Shown piece by piece: positions 35,171 to 47,460 of a stretch of DNA of 64,000 nucleotides (the first letter of the stretch is position 1; each line of letters begins with the position of its first letter). Below the pieces are notes generated by a model that did no database searches, was not told the DNA's origin, and saw only the letters and a list, made by a program, of their open reading frames with translations. Where the stretch lies: the NCBI GenBank assembly GCA_052327205.1, contig CM126209.1:39866001-39930000 (forward strand), written 5' to 3'. Source of the stretch: Somniosus microcephalus. Lineage: Eukaryota. The translations under genes were made by a program, and so were the position numbers.

Positions 35171-37226
35171 TGTTCTAACAATAGTGCCTACCACATTAGA
35201 TTTGTGTTTAATTATATTAAAGATAGTGGTAACTATATGGTATATAGAAAAAAATGCCAACTGTAAAATGTAATTTGTATCCCACTCCTAAGACTGACCA
35301 GAACTCATTCACAACTTTGTCTCTTGCCAAACGACATTTCATAGTTGGCTATGACGCATCTTCCACATAATTTAGTTAACAATTTATTAGAAACAATTAG
35401 TTGTTCACTGAGATACTCCAGTAAAAAAAGAGTATCAATGAGAAATGTAAAGCCACTTCTCATCAAACCAAATATCATTGGCCTAGAGTTTGGTTGTTTT
35501 ATTGTTCTGAAAAGCAACAAATCTAAATTATTTTGAAATCACTGAGCACAATATTGCTATTGAGGGCTTTTAAACAAGACACTGATTGTAGTGAGACCAT
35601 TTTTGGAATGTCAAAACTGAAAGCTCTTTTATATTATATGCTGGGTCTTGGGAGAGTGCCCTAAAAGTGACGCCGATCTTCCTCTGAACCTGCAGCAAAG
35701 CGTGTTCCAGGAATTGCACGTGTAAAGAGCGGCTGTGGCAAATGGGTCACTGTGCATGTGCAATGTAATTGCATCATATTGCCATCAATAAATCATATCA
35801 TAATGTCACATCATGACGTCAGCAGCTGTTGTAACAATCCTTGAAGATGGCACTGCTGCTGTGCACAGCGCTATTAGTAGCCAGTTAGACCTCTGATAGG
35901 CAGTAATATGAGGAAAAAACAGGTCTTCCCAGCCAGCAATCTTGCGAGTTCCGTAATTTTGACCTTTAACTGGCCACCAGTTGCAGGAGATGAGATTTTC
36001 AGAAGCCAATTGCTGAAGATCAATATAAAAGTGACTTTATATGCACACAGAATACTGCAAGTGAAAATGCGTAACATGTTCTGTTATACAACTAACGGAA
36101 AACGAGCAAATAAATCTCAGTGGAACAATTGTATAACTTCCCATTCAGCATTTTATTTATGAGTATAGTAATATAATCACTCTCAACTCTGCCTGGCATA
36201 TCCCTTTCCTTGAAAATAATTTGACAACATGCTGCACAATTTCCAACCCAATATTGTTGAATGATTTACAAATGTAGATGTACTGTCTTTCGTTACACTT
36301 ACAATTGCATAAGCCACTTGCTAAACTACATGCATCAAAATAACAATGTCCATAAAATAGCATGAATCGACTGCCACACTGTAAATCTCCACTTCTATTC
36401 TTCCTGGACATAAAAATCTCTATTAAAGTACAGTACATCTAATACACTTGATCATACAGTCCATTCATCTGAGTCACTGATATTTAAGGAAAGATTACAC
36501 TCACATGGTACAGCATTACATCACATCACATGATGTCATAGAACTCAATGTTATAATGAAGTCTTCTTAATTTTATTTATATTTCCACAACATTCTCCAA
36601 TTTCTTCTGGAAGCTTCTAATGTTCTAACATTGTTGTAAAACATTATACTTAAATTAAGTAATTAAATAACTTTTACTAAAACAGCTACTAATAGTTACC
36701 ATGAGGTAAACATTTGATATAACACAACATGTTACAGCTTCTATAGTTTACATAAACAGAGATACAGGGCCTAATAGACAAAAAGAATAAGACTGAGGAT
36801 GCCCAATCATATGTAGTGATTCATGAAAAATATACTGTTAACTGATATCAGCTCTAGTTCTTGGGCTATTAAGATTGAGGTTTTGTTTCTCTTACAATAC
36901 AATAGCAAATGACCATCGCATAAGTAGTGATCATTATTCTTCGGTACTCTCCCTTACAAGGCCAGGCCACTGGATACTTCACTTCTTAACAAGAAGAAAT
37001 ACTTTTAAAGCATGTCACCATGTTTTGCTTCTCTTTTATTTTGGCACCTTTATATTCTGAGGATAATTTCTATCCTTTCTTCATAACCCAGATTTCCTCA
37101 GTCAGGTTTAATATTTAGTGGCTAACTCAAACTAACAAATGCTCCTTAAACTTGAAAATTGCCTGATTCAGTCAATTACTTCCAGACCATGAAATGACTG
37201 TCCCAGCAACTATAACTATAACTCAC

Positions 37227-37360
37227 CTCACCCTTGCAGAAGAGCCTTTCGCTAATGGTGCATTCACAGTAAAAGTAAAAGTAAAGTTCGGTAGTAGTGG
37301 GAAGCCTTTTCGGCTTCACACCAATGTTAAACTTGTGATGGGTAGATTGGATATTAAGAC
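37227..37360 (-). other. Candidate upstream (5' UTR or alternative) exon of the host gene
   Basis: Acceptor aatcatttcag| and a strong donor GAG|gtgagt, with an alternative AGG|gtgagg 5 nt upstream. Non-repetitive sequence; no homology support. Confidence 0.35.
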
Positions 37361-37923
37361 CTGAAATGATTCCAAAGTAAAGTGAGTGAGGCGACTGCCT
37401 CCGTGACTCTGGATTCTCAGCCTGCGCTTACCTTAAAGATGAAATTTTCCAAGACTGCACCACCAGCAGGGCCTCATACCCAGTGGGCAGCTTATTGGAA
37501 AATCACATGTGCACTCTTGCGATTTTCCACCCAAACCGGAATGTGCACCCGTGATTTTCCAATGAGTCGCCTAATGCTTTCAAGGCCCCGCCAGTGATGC
37601 AGGGCCTCTGAAAATTTCAACCTATAACTGGAGTGCTGGCGAGGAGTGAAACTGCTTTGCAGAACTGCTCCAGTTATTGTGAATACACCCTAATACACTT
37701 CAATGTGTCGTCATCGATTTTGATTAACCCTCTTACCTATTTTATCCTCATTCCTCCCTGTTATATACTTGAAGGCTGCTCACACAAGAGAAAGTATCAC
37801 TAAATGATTTATAATTCAGACTGTTAATCTGTAAATAAACAAACCAGAAATTCTGACCCAGTGGCATTGGTGCACTAATGCACAATCCCTCAGATTGCAA
37901 GGATACAGGTTTGTCCCTGTGAC

Positions 37924-38050
37924 CAATGTTCCCCGTATTTTTTTCAATTTTTTCAACTGCATGCACGTTTTTTTCAATTTAAAAGCCGGCTCATTGGGTG
38001 CGCAGGACCCCTGGAGCACTGCGTGGCCGTGCAGCTTATAGGGAACATTG
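37924..38050. mobile_element. hAT-type MITE (127 bp)
   Basis: TIR CAATGTTCCC / GGGAACATTG with a perfect 8-bp target duplication CCTGTGAC. Confidence 0.9.
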
Positions 38051-39254
38051 CCTGTGACTCCAACTCCCACAACTTAGTTAGCCATCAGGGCAAGGAGAAA
38101 AATTTTGTGAGTATATCAAACTAAGCTACTCATATACATCCCAGCAACTGGTTCTGTACTGTAACTGACATAGTGAATGGTACATGGAGAAGTACGAAAG
38201 AGGAGAAACAATGGACTCCAATCCCGGGTTAGGGAAGGTTGAAAATTGGGAGTTTTGTCCATAGCTGGGATTTGGGGCAGAACTTGGATCCAACATCAGA
38301 AGTCCTGAGCGGGAGCAGCACATCTTCTGTCTGCCTGCCTGGCTACCCCCCACCACCCCTCCAATTCCCAGCAGCAGTTTGGGGGTATGTTTGGGGAATT
38401 ACCAAACTCCCCTGCCTTTATATATTGAAATGCCTCCATCCCTACAATTTGGGACAGGGTTAACTGCCTGAACAGTCAGGGGACATAAGTCCCACCTTGC
38501 CACAATTCCAGCGGCAGAGTGGAAACCCAGCAATTTCCGGCTCCATAAATTTGGGGGAAAAGATAGTATTTGCCTCAATTTTCAAAGGTTGCAGATACTT
38601 GGTAATATTTGTATTGGAAATCTCAGGCTGAATCAGAGGAACTGGAATATAAAGGTAAATTATGCGAGGCACAGCCTCACTAGACAGCAGTTCAATCAGA
38701 GAATCACATGCAGAATTCAGTGCAGCCAATTCACAGCACTCTCCATTTTCCAGTGTTCTAATTGCAAAATTTATCCTAATCGTTCTGAAACTGCAATGTT
38801 ACTCTAACAGGGCTCTGACTACACACACATACTGCAAGGCACAATGGAAGCAATTCTGCTACATGCCTCTTTCAACCCTCACCATTCAATAGATTATCTT
38901 GCTCTTCGAAGGTTACCCATTGCTACTGTGACTTATCCTTCAAGTTATTATGAGAAGTGAAGAGTTGTTTTTTTATTGCATCTGAGCTACATTCTTTCCA
39001 AGTTGCATCCTCGGACTATTATAGCTCCCTCATAACCACCTCCATGGACTTTAAAGGATGCTCTCCATATTCCATTACTGTGAGACACATCTGTCATTTC
39101 TCCCACTTTATTTTATAAAGCTTATGACCTATGAAGTACCATTATTACTAGCACTGGCAGGGTTCAAATTTTTAATATTTACAGGTTCAAAGGTACACAG
39201 ATAATCTGTAGGTTACATCAACCTGAGTGTAGCTAACCAAGTTTGGAATATATG

Positions 39255-39997
39255 GCACCGATATTTTAACGGGGAGGGAGCAAGGGAACCCGGAAAGACG
39301 GAGGACCTGCCAAATTTAATGGCAGGACCTCATTATCATTTTTTAATTCCGTTTCCCGCCTGGCTGCCGGCCAGAGTGACAGGCTGGCAGGCGGGAAAGC
39401 CTGGGGTAGAAGGCTGCAACCGGAGACCGCTGGGGACAGTCCCTGGCAATCGGCAAAGATTGCTGGCCATGTGGTGGGGGCGCTGGGGGGGTGGTTCGGC
39501 AAAGATCGCAAGGCATAAGGGGGCGGGCGTCAGACCAGCAATCAGAGAGAGGGAACGATCGCAGGCAAAAGGCTTGGGATTACGGGCTTGGGGGGTTGGT
39601 TGGGCAGCCGATCGCTGCAGAAGATTTGTTTGAGGGGCCGGGGGGAGAACTCCTGCTCCTCTTGGCTCACCAGCAGTGCTGGAAATGCACTTAACTGCTT
39701 GATCCAGGTGTTCCTGTCTCCATTTAGCTGGCAGGTTTCCTCGGCCCTGGGAAACCCAGCCAGCCAGCGTTAAATTTAAATCAGTCTCCCAACTTCACTG
39801 TGGGAGCCTGATTTAAATATTATAATGAACTGTCCCGCCTCATGAGAGCGGGACACAGGCACAGCACGCAACTGCCACCGTAATGTTGGCGGCAAGTGCG
39901 TACGCGGTGGGTTGAGGTCGCATTATGTGCTTTAAAATTTTTAACCACACCTCCGCCTAACCCTCGCCAGCCTATCGTGGGGCGGTAATAATTCCCC
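39255..39997. mobile_element. Degraded GC-rich non-autonomous DNA element, probably Harbinger-like
   Basis: Sharp GC-rich block with gcgggtg / ttaaaat subterminal motifs like those of the 18892 element. Ends are ill-defined. Confidence 0.45.
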
Positions 39998-41034
39998 ACT
40001 ATATTTTTGGATTGGGCATTCACTACTGCATTATTTAATCTTCCCAACTTCCTATCTCTGTTAAGTTGGAACCTCATCAACTCCCTAGTAATCCTATCTT
40101 TCCACAGCTCGTGAATTTATCTCATGTGACTGGGTGACATTTGATGTGTTGTGTTATGTTATGTTTCATTCCATTCCATTCTGTTGTGTTGTCCTCCTGC
40201 TCTGTATTATTGCCCCAGTAAATGGGCAACTTGGTAAGTGGCTCAGAATTTGCATACATGAACTTAGTTCTGGGTCTGGCTCTCTGTCTCTTCTCCTTGG
40301 AGAAGCGATCGCATAATTGTGCCTCCATCTTAATCACTACTCTGTCACTCTAGTCAATATTTTTCTCAATTAAAGGTTCACTTTCTTAAGGAAGGCAGCA
40401 GGCAAAACTCACCTGCTACTGCAGAAACAAGGCCCAGGCTATTTTAATTCCCGGTCTTCACTTAAATCCCAACAGCTGAAGTCAGCAGGAAGCAGTGGAA
40501 AATGGCGTATTCTAGATGCCACCTGCTGACACAGATAGATAGCAGGATCAGGTTCCAGGGATGTCTTGTGGGGATCTCGCATTCAGGAAGGGGGAGAGGC
40601 GGCCCGGGGCAGGGGAAGCCTAAGCATTCCTTGTAGGGCCTGGAGGAGCATTCCTGCTCCAACTTTAGATGGATCACCAAAACTTAGCCCCAAAATTGCC
40701 ACAGGCCTGAGGGCAGAAGTCAAGCGAATTGCTCGCATGGTAGGTACAATTTGAGGCAGATCTGGGATTCCATCCCGTGTAACCAACATGACAAATTCCG
40801 GAGAGAGGGAGCAGACCACTCTTCCACATGTGCCAAAAGGCTGCTTTTGAGGTGTGCCTGGGGCTATTCCTGGGCTACCCTGCCAATTCTGCCCAATTTG
40901 CCACCATTGGCCCAACAGGTCAGCTGAAAACTAATACCGGTCACATACGCTCCTTATTAAGGTCCTAAAAAGGTTTGACAGCTAAGATAAACAATTTCAG
41001 AAGGGATCAATTACCGTTTTTCCCTTAAATTATC

Positions 41035-41610
41035 TGCTGCTGAAACCCTCAGCCATGCCTAGACTTGACTATTCCAATGCTCTCCTGGCCAGCCTCCCAT
41101 CTTCCACCCTCCATAAACGTGCGCTCATCCAAAACTCTGCTGTCCGTATCCTAACTCACACCAAGTCCTGTTCACCCATCACCCCGTGCTCACTGGCCTA
41201 CATTGGCTCCTGGTCCAACAATGCCTCAATTTAAAAATTCTCACCCTTGTTTTCAAATCCCTCTATTGCCTCACCCCTCCTTATCTCTGTAACCTCCTCC
41301 AGCCCTACTACCCTCTGAATTCTCAGTGCTCCTCCAATTCTGGCCTTTTCTGCATCCCTTATTTTAATCGCTCCACCATTGGCGGCCATGCTTTCAGCTG
41401 CCTAGGCCCTAATCTGCGAAATGCCCTCCCTAAACCTTTCTGCCTCTCTCTCCTCCTTTAAGACGCTCCTTAAAACCTACCTCTTTGACCAACTGTCGTA
41501 ATATTTCCTTATATGACTCAGTGTTAAATTTTGTTTGATAACGTTCCTGTGAAGCACCTTGGGACGTTTTACTACGTTAAAGGTGCTATATAAATGTAAC
41601 TTGTTGTTGT
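41035..41610 (+). mobile_element. L2 LINE 3' fragment
   Basis: Colinear with 24185-24796; motif LHWL...LKILTLVFKSL; (GTT)n tail. Confidence 0.9.
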
Positions 41611-41784
41611 TATGATTCTAAGACAACAGGCATCTAAACTTTATCTTTACTTAATTTTATTTTAAAATGTTAATTTTTGGTCATCATTTAATGTGCAACT
41701 TCTTATCCCATCAGTAGATAATTTTGAAAACAATACTGTAATTCTTTTTTATATGGGCTAAAAAGAGACTGACCACCTACTGAA

Positions 41785-42150
41785 TGCCAGTTTGGTTCAG
41801 TTGGGAGCAACCTCATCTGTATATCAGAACGTTGTGGGTTCAGGTCAAACTCAAGAATTTGAGCACACTTCAGTACAGTGCTGCATGGTCAGAGGTGCTG
41901 TCCTTTGGATGAGATATCTAAGTGAGGCTCTGTCTGCCTGTTCCTGGTGGATGTTAAAAATACCATGTCACTATTTGAAGAGTAACTTGAGTTTTCCTGG
42001 CTAGCATTGCTGCTTCAATCAACTCCACCAAAACAGATTAATTGGTGTTTGTGCAGACTTGCTGTGTACAGAATTGCTGATGTGTATCTCTACATAAAAG
42101 CCACTGTATGGGATGTTTTTGAAAGACATGATAAATTTAAGTCTTTCTTT
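41785..42150 (+). mobile_element. Degraded tRNA-headed SINE
   Basis: A box TGGTTCAGTTGG, B-box-like GGTTCAGGTC, Deu-like core and agtctttcttt tail. Confidence 0.7.
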
Positions 42151-42859
42151 TTAGAAAGTTACAAATCCTATGACCCTTACTAGACTGCCAGTCACTGGAT
42201 GTTCCTCCCATGACAGGAATTTTAAAAATAAAGTTATTCAGTTCTTTTAAGAAACATTTTTATTGCCATTACTCCATATGGCAGATATTGCACAAGGCTC
42301 CATTCAAAGCAGTGTAAGGAAACATGAAACAAACACGTGGAAAATAGTGTTGCATAATTCAAAAGGTCACTTTATCCGCACATGAAAGTATGACAGCTGC
42401 TTCCAAAAAGGAAGGCGTATTTATTCCAAACTCAAAGTTAACAGTGTCGAGTTAACAACGGCAAATGAGCCTGAAATGGCCCAACTCGCATCATTTGGGA
42501 TTATTAGTTATGTGCCCATCCCTATTTATCAGTTCAAGCGGAGTCATCAAATAGCAATACACTCTCATGTTTTAATACATTATATATATATATTTATGAA
42601 TATTAATATCCTGATGACCCGTGCTCTCCCATACACAGTTCATCAGCACACAGACGCAGCTTGTGCCTTGTGGAAAATGACTGGTGCAAATAGCGTGGGA
42701 TCCTTGTAATGATTTAGGACAAGAATCCAGAGCGGGCATGAGTGGCACCGGTGTCCCCTCGAGTACTAAACTCTATAACATTTCCTGCTGTTGCTGCCGT
42801 TAATCTTACAGCACTCGGAATAGTTTCGAATAACATGTTAAAACACACACACACACACA

Positions 42860-43260
42860 CAACGTTAAGCCGCGGCTGCAAAGGAATAAACAAGTAAAAC
42901 GGGGAAATAAAGCAGATCAGTACAGAGAGGGAGTCAGACTTACTTACAACTCGGCGCCCTTCAGTACCTGAGCAGCGACTCGCTGAGTGACAGCAAACCC
43001 CGCGCTCTCAGCGCATCATTGCCGCGGATGAAGCTGCCCCCCGGTAGCGCTGCCTTGCCTCATAGTGGCGGCAGTGCCGGGCCGGGCCGGGCCAGCTGTC
43101 AGCTTCCATCCGCCACGTGCGCCGCAATGTAAACAAGGCGCCACGTGCTGCACTCCGACAGTTGGTCAACAAAGGGCCGGCGCGCGCGTCAGTCAGTGCG
43201 CCGCGCGCCCCCCGGCCCGGGGGCCACCAGAGTGCTGCAAAGGTAGGGAGTCAACCTGCG
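42860..43260 (-). promoter_or_regulatory. CpG island: probable promoter and non-coding first exon of the minus-strand host gene
   Basis: Non-repeat CpG-rich block next to a (CA)n tract. It has a minus-strand donor GTT|gtaagt (exon end 42948), CACGTG at 43114 and 43142, and GTAAACAA at 43129. Confidence 0.65.
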
Positions 43261-43344
43261 CACCTCTTGTGTTTCGGAGTACCCTTGCCAAATTCAACCT
43301 TTTTTTTTTGTTTGTTCCAGTAATGATTCTGCTGGCGTCGTTTA

Positions 43345-43563
43345 TATGTCCTGGTCAATATTTCATCCCTCAGCCAACATCACTGAAACAGGTTACCTGG
43401 TCATTATCACATCGCTGTTGGCGGGAGCTTGCGGTGCGCAGGTTGGCTGCCGCGTTTTCTACGTTACAACAATGACTGCACTTCTAAAGTACTTCATCGG
43501 CTGTAAAGTGCGTTGGGATGTCAGGTGGCTGTGAAAGGCGCTATATAAGTGCAAATCTCCTTT
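43345..43563 (+). mobile_element. SINE 3' portion, CpG-enriched copy
   Basis: Aligns with the reverse complement of 11395-11630. Confidence 0.8.
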
Positions 43564-43759
43564 ATTTACAGCTGCATTAGACCCATCTTTTGTTTCTTTA
43601 CTTGTCCCATTACCACCCCCTTTTGCCTTGCACCATCATCCCTTTTGTCATTTAATCACTACTGCATTCCACCCTATCACAAATATTCCCTTTCCTCCCC
43701 TCCCCCACTTTCCCTGCCTCTGTACTTGCTTAAAACCTGTAACATCTCTAACTTTTTCC

Positions 43760-44488
43760 AGTTCTGATGAAAGATCATCGACCTGAAACGCTGGCCTAGA
43801 AATTCGGTAGGCTTAGCGCCGCTTTTGAGGCGCTAGAGGGCCTAGCGCCGGAGTTATGGCCAGTTTGGAAATTGAGTGGGTCCCTAAATCGGCGTTAGGC
43901 CGTTAGCGCTGCACCGGCACCGATGACATCATCGGTGTGCGCAGCGCCCCGGTTGCCATGGTAACCCGCCCGAACTCCGAAATTGACTTGCGGCCGCCTC
44001 GCCCGTGGCAGCCGCAAGCAACGTTCTGGTAGAGGTGCCTTACTGGACTTTGCGCCGGCGCATTAAAGGCCCCGCGGCGGCCGGCCGCTTTCCCGCCGGC
44101 CGCCTGGCCGCAGCTCCCTCCACGGACTTCTCCCCCCCCACCCCCCCCGGGACAGATGCAAGCCCGGCACTTGTCCGAGGTGCCGGGCTCATTTTTACAA
44201 TGATTTTCGCGGGCCGCGGCCGGGTGCAGGCAGCTCCTCCTTAAGGGAAGGAGGAGGCCTGCACTTCTCGAACCTGCCGCACCGCAGCGGGCGCCGCAGC
44301 GCCGGAATAGCGCCGCAATTCAGCGCGTAGCGCCAGTTTTCAGGCGCAAACAGCTTTCAGCAACGCCGGCAGCCGTTTGGGCGCAGAACTAGTGAATTTT
44401 TGGCCCGCCCAGCGCGACTTAGCTCCGGCACTAACTTCCGGCGCTAAAGCCAGCGCTGCGCCAAAACCCAATTTCTAGGCCGCTAACT
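43760..44488 (+). ncRNA. Minimal type I hammerhead ribozyme motif, disrupted by a MITE
   Basis: AGT(T)-CTGATGA-A-AGATC atc GACCT-GAAAC-GCT[MITE]GCT-A-ACT. Both conserved boxes, stem II (one mismatch) and a short stem I are present. Confidence 0.7.
43793..44481. mobile_element. Harbinger-type MITE family B
   Basis: TIR GGCCTAGAAATT / AATTTCTAGGCC with GCT target duplication. Highly similar to 56906-57588. Confidence 0.95.
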
Positions 44489-45506
44489 CTGTTTCTCTCT
44501 CTCCACAGGTGCTGCCAGACCTGATGATTATTTCCAGCATTTTCTGTTTTTATTTCAGATTGCCAGCATCCGTAGTATTTTGCTTTTGTATCAACTTTTT
44601 TTGTTTTGGTTTTGAGGTTAACTTTTTTTTGTGAGCGTGTTTGTGATTGCAAATGGCCTGGTGCTGTAACTACACATGCTAACATTTAATCTACACTGTA
44701 TAGATTTACAGTGATACCAACCTATAAGTATTGAAATCAGTGAGATAGCCTCTGTAAATCTTGTCGGGTCTGCAGAATTTAACAAGGAAGAAATCTGGGC
44801 AAGAAATAATCACTCAATGACCTTTAAAATATTTTTAACTCTGGGGCTGCAACTGTGAATGTGGAGCCATTTTATTTGGGGGCCCAATGGTTTTGCTAGG
44901 TACAAAGCAGCATCGCACAGTCAAACATCTGCAGATGCACCTGCTGGGATTACCTGTGCAGATTTCTTCCTTGTTGTATTCTGCTGGACTTGATTTCTTG
45001 GAGTTGCACCAATGCCATTTACTTCAAAATCAATTTTAAATGGTCGATGCTATAAAATGGAGCCAAAAAGCTAACTGAAATCTTTTAACTGATTTAAAGT
45101 ACAATTTTACATCAGCAATGGAATTTTACAGGAAGCAAATGACTAGCGGGCAGGTGATGTTACAAACCCAAAGTAGATCCTGTTACCTGACAGTGCCGGA
45201 AGCAAATAGGACTGACCCCACCATTTGCTCTGGCCTCAGTGAATTCCCAACCCTCATGCCTTGGGCGGGATTCTACTGGAATGGGCGATTGCTCTCCCGA
45301 GTGCTGCTGCTGGCGACTTGAGAGAAATGTACCCCGTTTACACGGTTCGCGCATGCGCAGTATCCCGGCTGTCATGGCTTGCAACCAAACCGCCTTATCT
45401 GGGCCCTGCTGGTCCCTTCACTGTATGGAAATACCTCTTCCTTACCGGTTGTGAGGATGACGGCATCGGGGCCAACGAAAATTGCCTGGAAATTCCGTGA
45501 CTCCTG

Positions 45507-45596
45507 AGAGAGCAACTGGGGGAGGGAGAGCAACACAAACTGGGGGGGAGGGAGAGCAACACAAACTGTGGGAGGGAGAGATAGCAACACAAACTG
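45507..45596 (+). repeat. Short minisatellite, about 25-27 bp unit, 3-4 imperfect copies
   Basis: GAGAGCAACACAAACTGGGGGGAGG-like units. Confidence 0.75.
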
Positions 45597-47460
45597 CCTT
45601 TGGCCCATATCCCTTGATACCTTTGGTTAACAGAAAGCTATCTCCGATTTAAAATTACAATTGATCTAGCATCAATTGCCATTTGCGGAAGAGAGTTCCA
45701 AACTTCTACCACCCTTTGTGTGTAGAAGTGTTTCCTAATTTCACTCCTGAGCGATCTGGCTCAAATTTTCAGACTATGCCCCTGTTCTAGAATCCCCAAC
45801 CAGTGGAAATATTTTCTCTCTATCTACTCTATCTGTTCCCCTTAATATGTTGAAAACTTGGATCAGATCACCCCTTAACCTTCTAAATTCTAGGGAATAC
45901 AACCCTAATTTGTGTAATCTCTCCTCATAACTTAACCCTTGAAGTCCAGGTATCATTCTGGTAAACCTACGCTGCACTCCCTCCAAGGCCAATATATCCT
46001 TCCTAAGGTGTGGTGCCCAGAACTGCTCACAGTACTCCAGGTGTGGTCTAACCAGGGTTTTGTATAGCTGCAGCATAACTTCTACCCCCTCGTATTCTCG
46101 TCCTCTAGATATAAAGGCCAGCATCCCATTAGCCTTTCTGATTAGTTTCTGTACCTGTACATGACATTTTAATGATCTATGTACAGGAAACTTTGTGCTA
46201 TCCGGCACCCACGGGACCGAGCTGCTGCCGTTGCCTAAAAAGTGCCGTACTCTCCAGAGTTAATGTTGAGAGATACGGAGATTCTAATCTCTGTATTTGA
46301 CAACAAACACTGTTGCTTAGCAACAGCTTCTAAACACTCGGGTGTGGCCCTAAAGCTCTGTAGCTGAAGCTGTTGCTATAGCTACAGACCTTGCACAGCT
46401 TGACTGTTCAAACAAAGCAAAAAAAACAAACAAAAAGAATAAAAAACGGCTGCTGATTTTTGCCGGTGGCTCCAGATTGCCGGATAGCTCACCTCCGGAT
46501 AGCACAAAGTTTCCTGTACCTGGATCCTCAAGTCTCTTTGGACCTCCGCTGTTTTTAGCCTTTCACCATTTAGAAAGTACCCTGTTCTATCCTTTTTAGG
46601 TCCAAAGTGGATGACCTCACATTTGCCTACATTGAAATTCATTTGCCACAGTTTTGCCCATTCACTAATCTGTCGATATCCCTTTGTAATTTTATGCTTC
46701 CATCTACACTGCCTACAATTCCACGTATCTGTGTCATCGGCAAATTTGGATATATGACTTTCTATGCCATCGTCTAAGTCGTTAATAAATACTGTGAATA
46801 ATTTGAGGCCCCAACACAGATCCCTGTGGGACAAGACTAGTCACCTCCTGCCAATTTGAATACCTACCCATAATCCCTACTGCCTGTCTCCTGCCGCTCA
46901 GCCGATTTCCTAACCAGGTCAATAATTTGCCCTCAATTCCGAAGGCTTCTACCTTAGTTAACAGTCTCTTATGTGGGAATTTATCAAATACCTTCTGGAA
47001 GTCCATATAAATAATCTAATTTATTAACATAATAACAAAAATAAATATCCCCTGTCCACTACTTTTAGTCACCTCTTCAAAAAATTCAATCAGGTTTGTC
47101 AGGCATGACCTACCTTTCACAAATCCATGCTGGCTCGCTCTGATCAAATGAAAATTTTTGAGGTGTTCAGTCACCCTATCCTTAAGTATAGTCTCTAGCA
47201 ATTTCCCGACAACAGATGTTAGGCTAACTGGTCTATAATTCCCTGGTTTCCCTCTGTCACCATTTTTAAATAGCGGAGTGACATGCACAATTTTCCAATT
47301 TAAAGGAACGGTGCCTGAATCAAGAGAACTTTGGAAGATTATGGTTAGGGCATCTGCAGTGTACTCACCTTCCTTTAAAACCCTGGGATGGAAACCATCT
47401 GGTCCTGTGGCTTTGTCACTCTTTAGTGCCATTATTTTCTTCATTATTGTTATTTTACTT
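45597..47460 (-). mobile_element. CR1-clade LINE fragment with a nested Tc1/mariner MITE
   Basis: Motifs GPDGFHPRVLKE, NYRPVSLTSVVGK, KFADDT and LVRPHLEYC. Confidence 0.93.
46184..46516. mobile_element. Tc1/mariner-type MITE, second copy, inverted relative to 2654
   Basis: 22-bp TIR CAGGAAACTTTGTGCTATCCGG with TA target duplication. Confidence 0.92.

Larger units (their letters stand above)
43570..44590 (+). mobile_element. Penelope-like element terminal (pseudo-LTR) fragment interrupted by a MITE
   Basis: Pyrimidine-rich tract, then a hammerhead core, then ctctgtttctctct...gctgccagacctg...tttccagcattttctgtttttatt. This is the layout expected for PLE terminal repeats; family assignment is from recall. 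Confidence 0.65.

Noticed and set aside
40413-40522. Possible minus-strand exon ending CAG|gtgagt
   Set aside because: Weak acceptor tract, adjacent to degraded repeat sequence, and no coding support.
41785-41860. tRNA gene (also 440-499 on the minus strand)
   Set aside because: The A/B boxes belong to SINE heads followed by SINE bodies; no intact cloverleaf.
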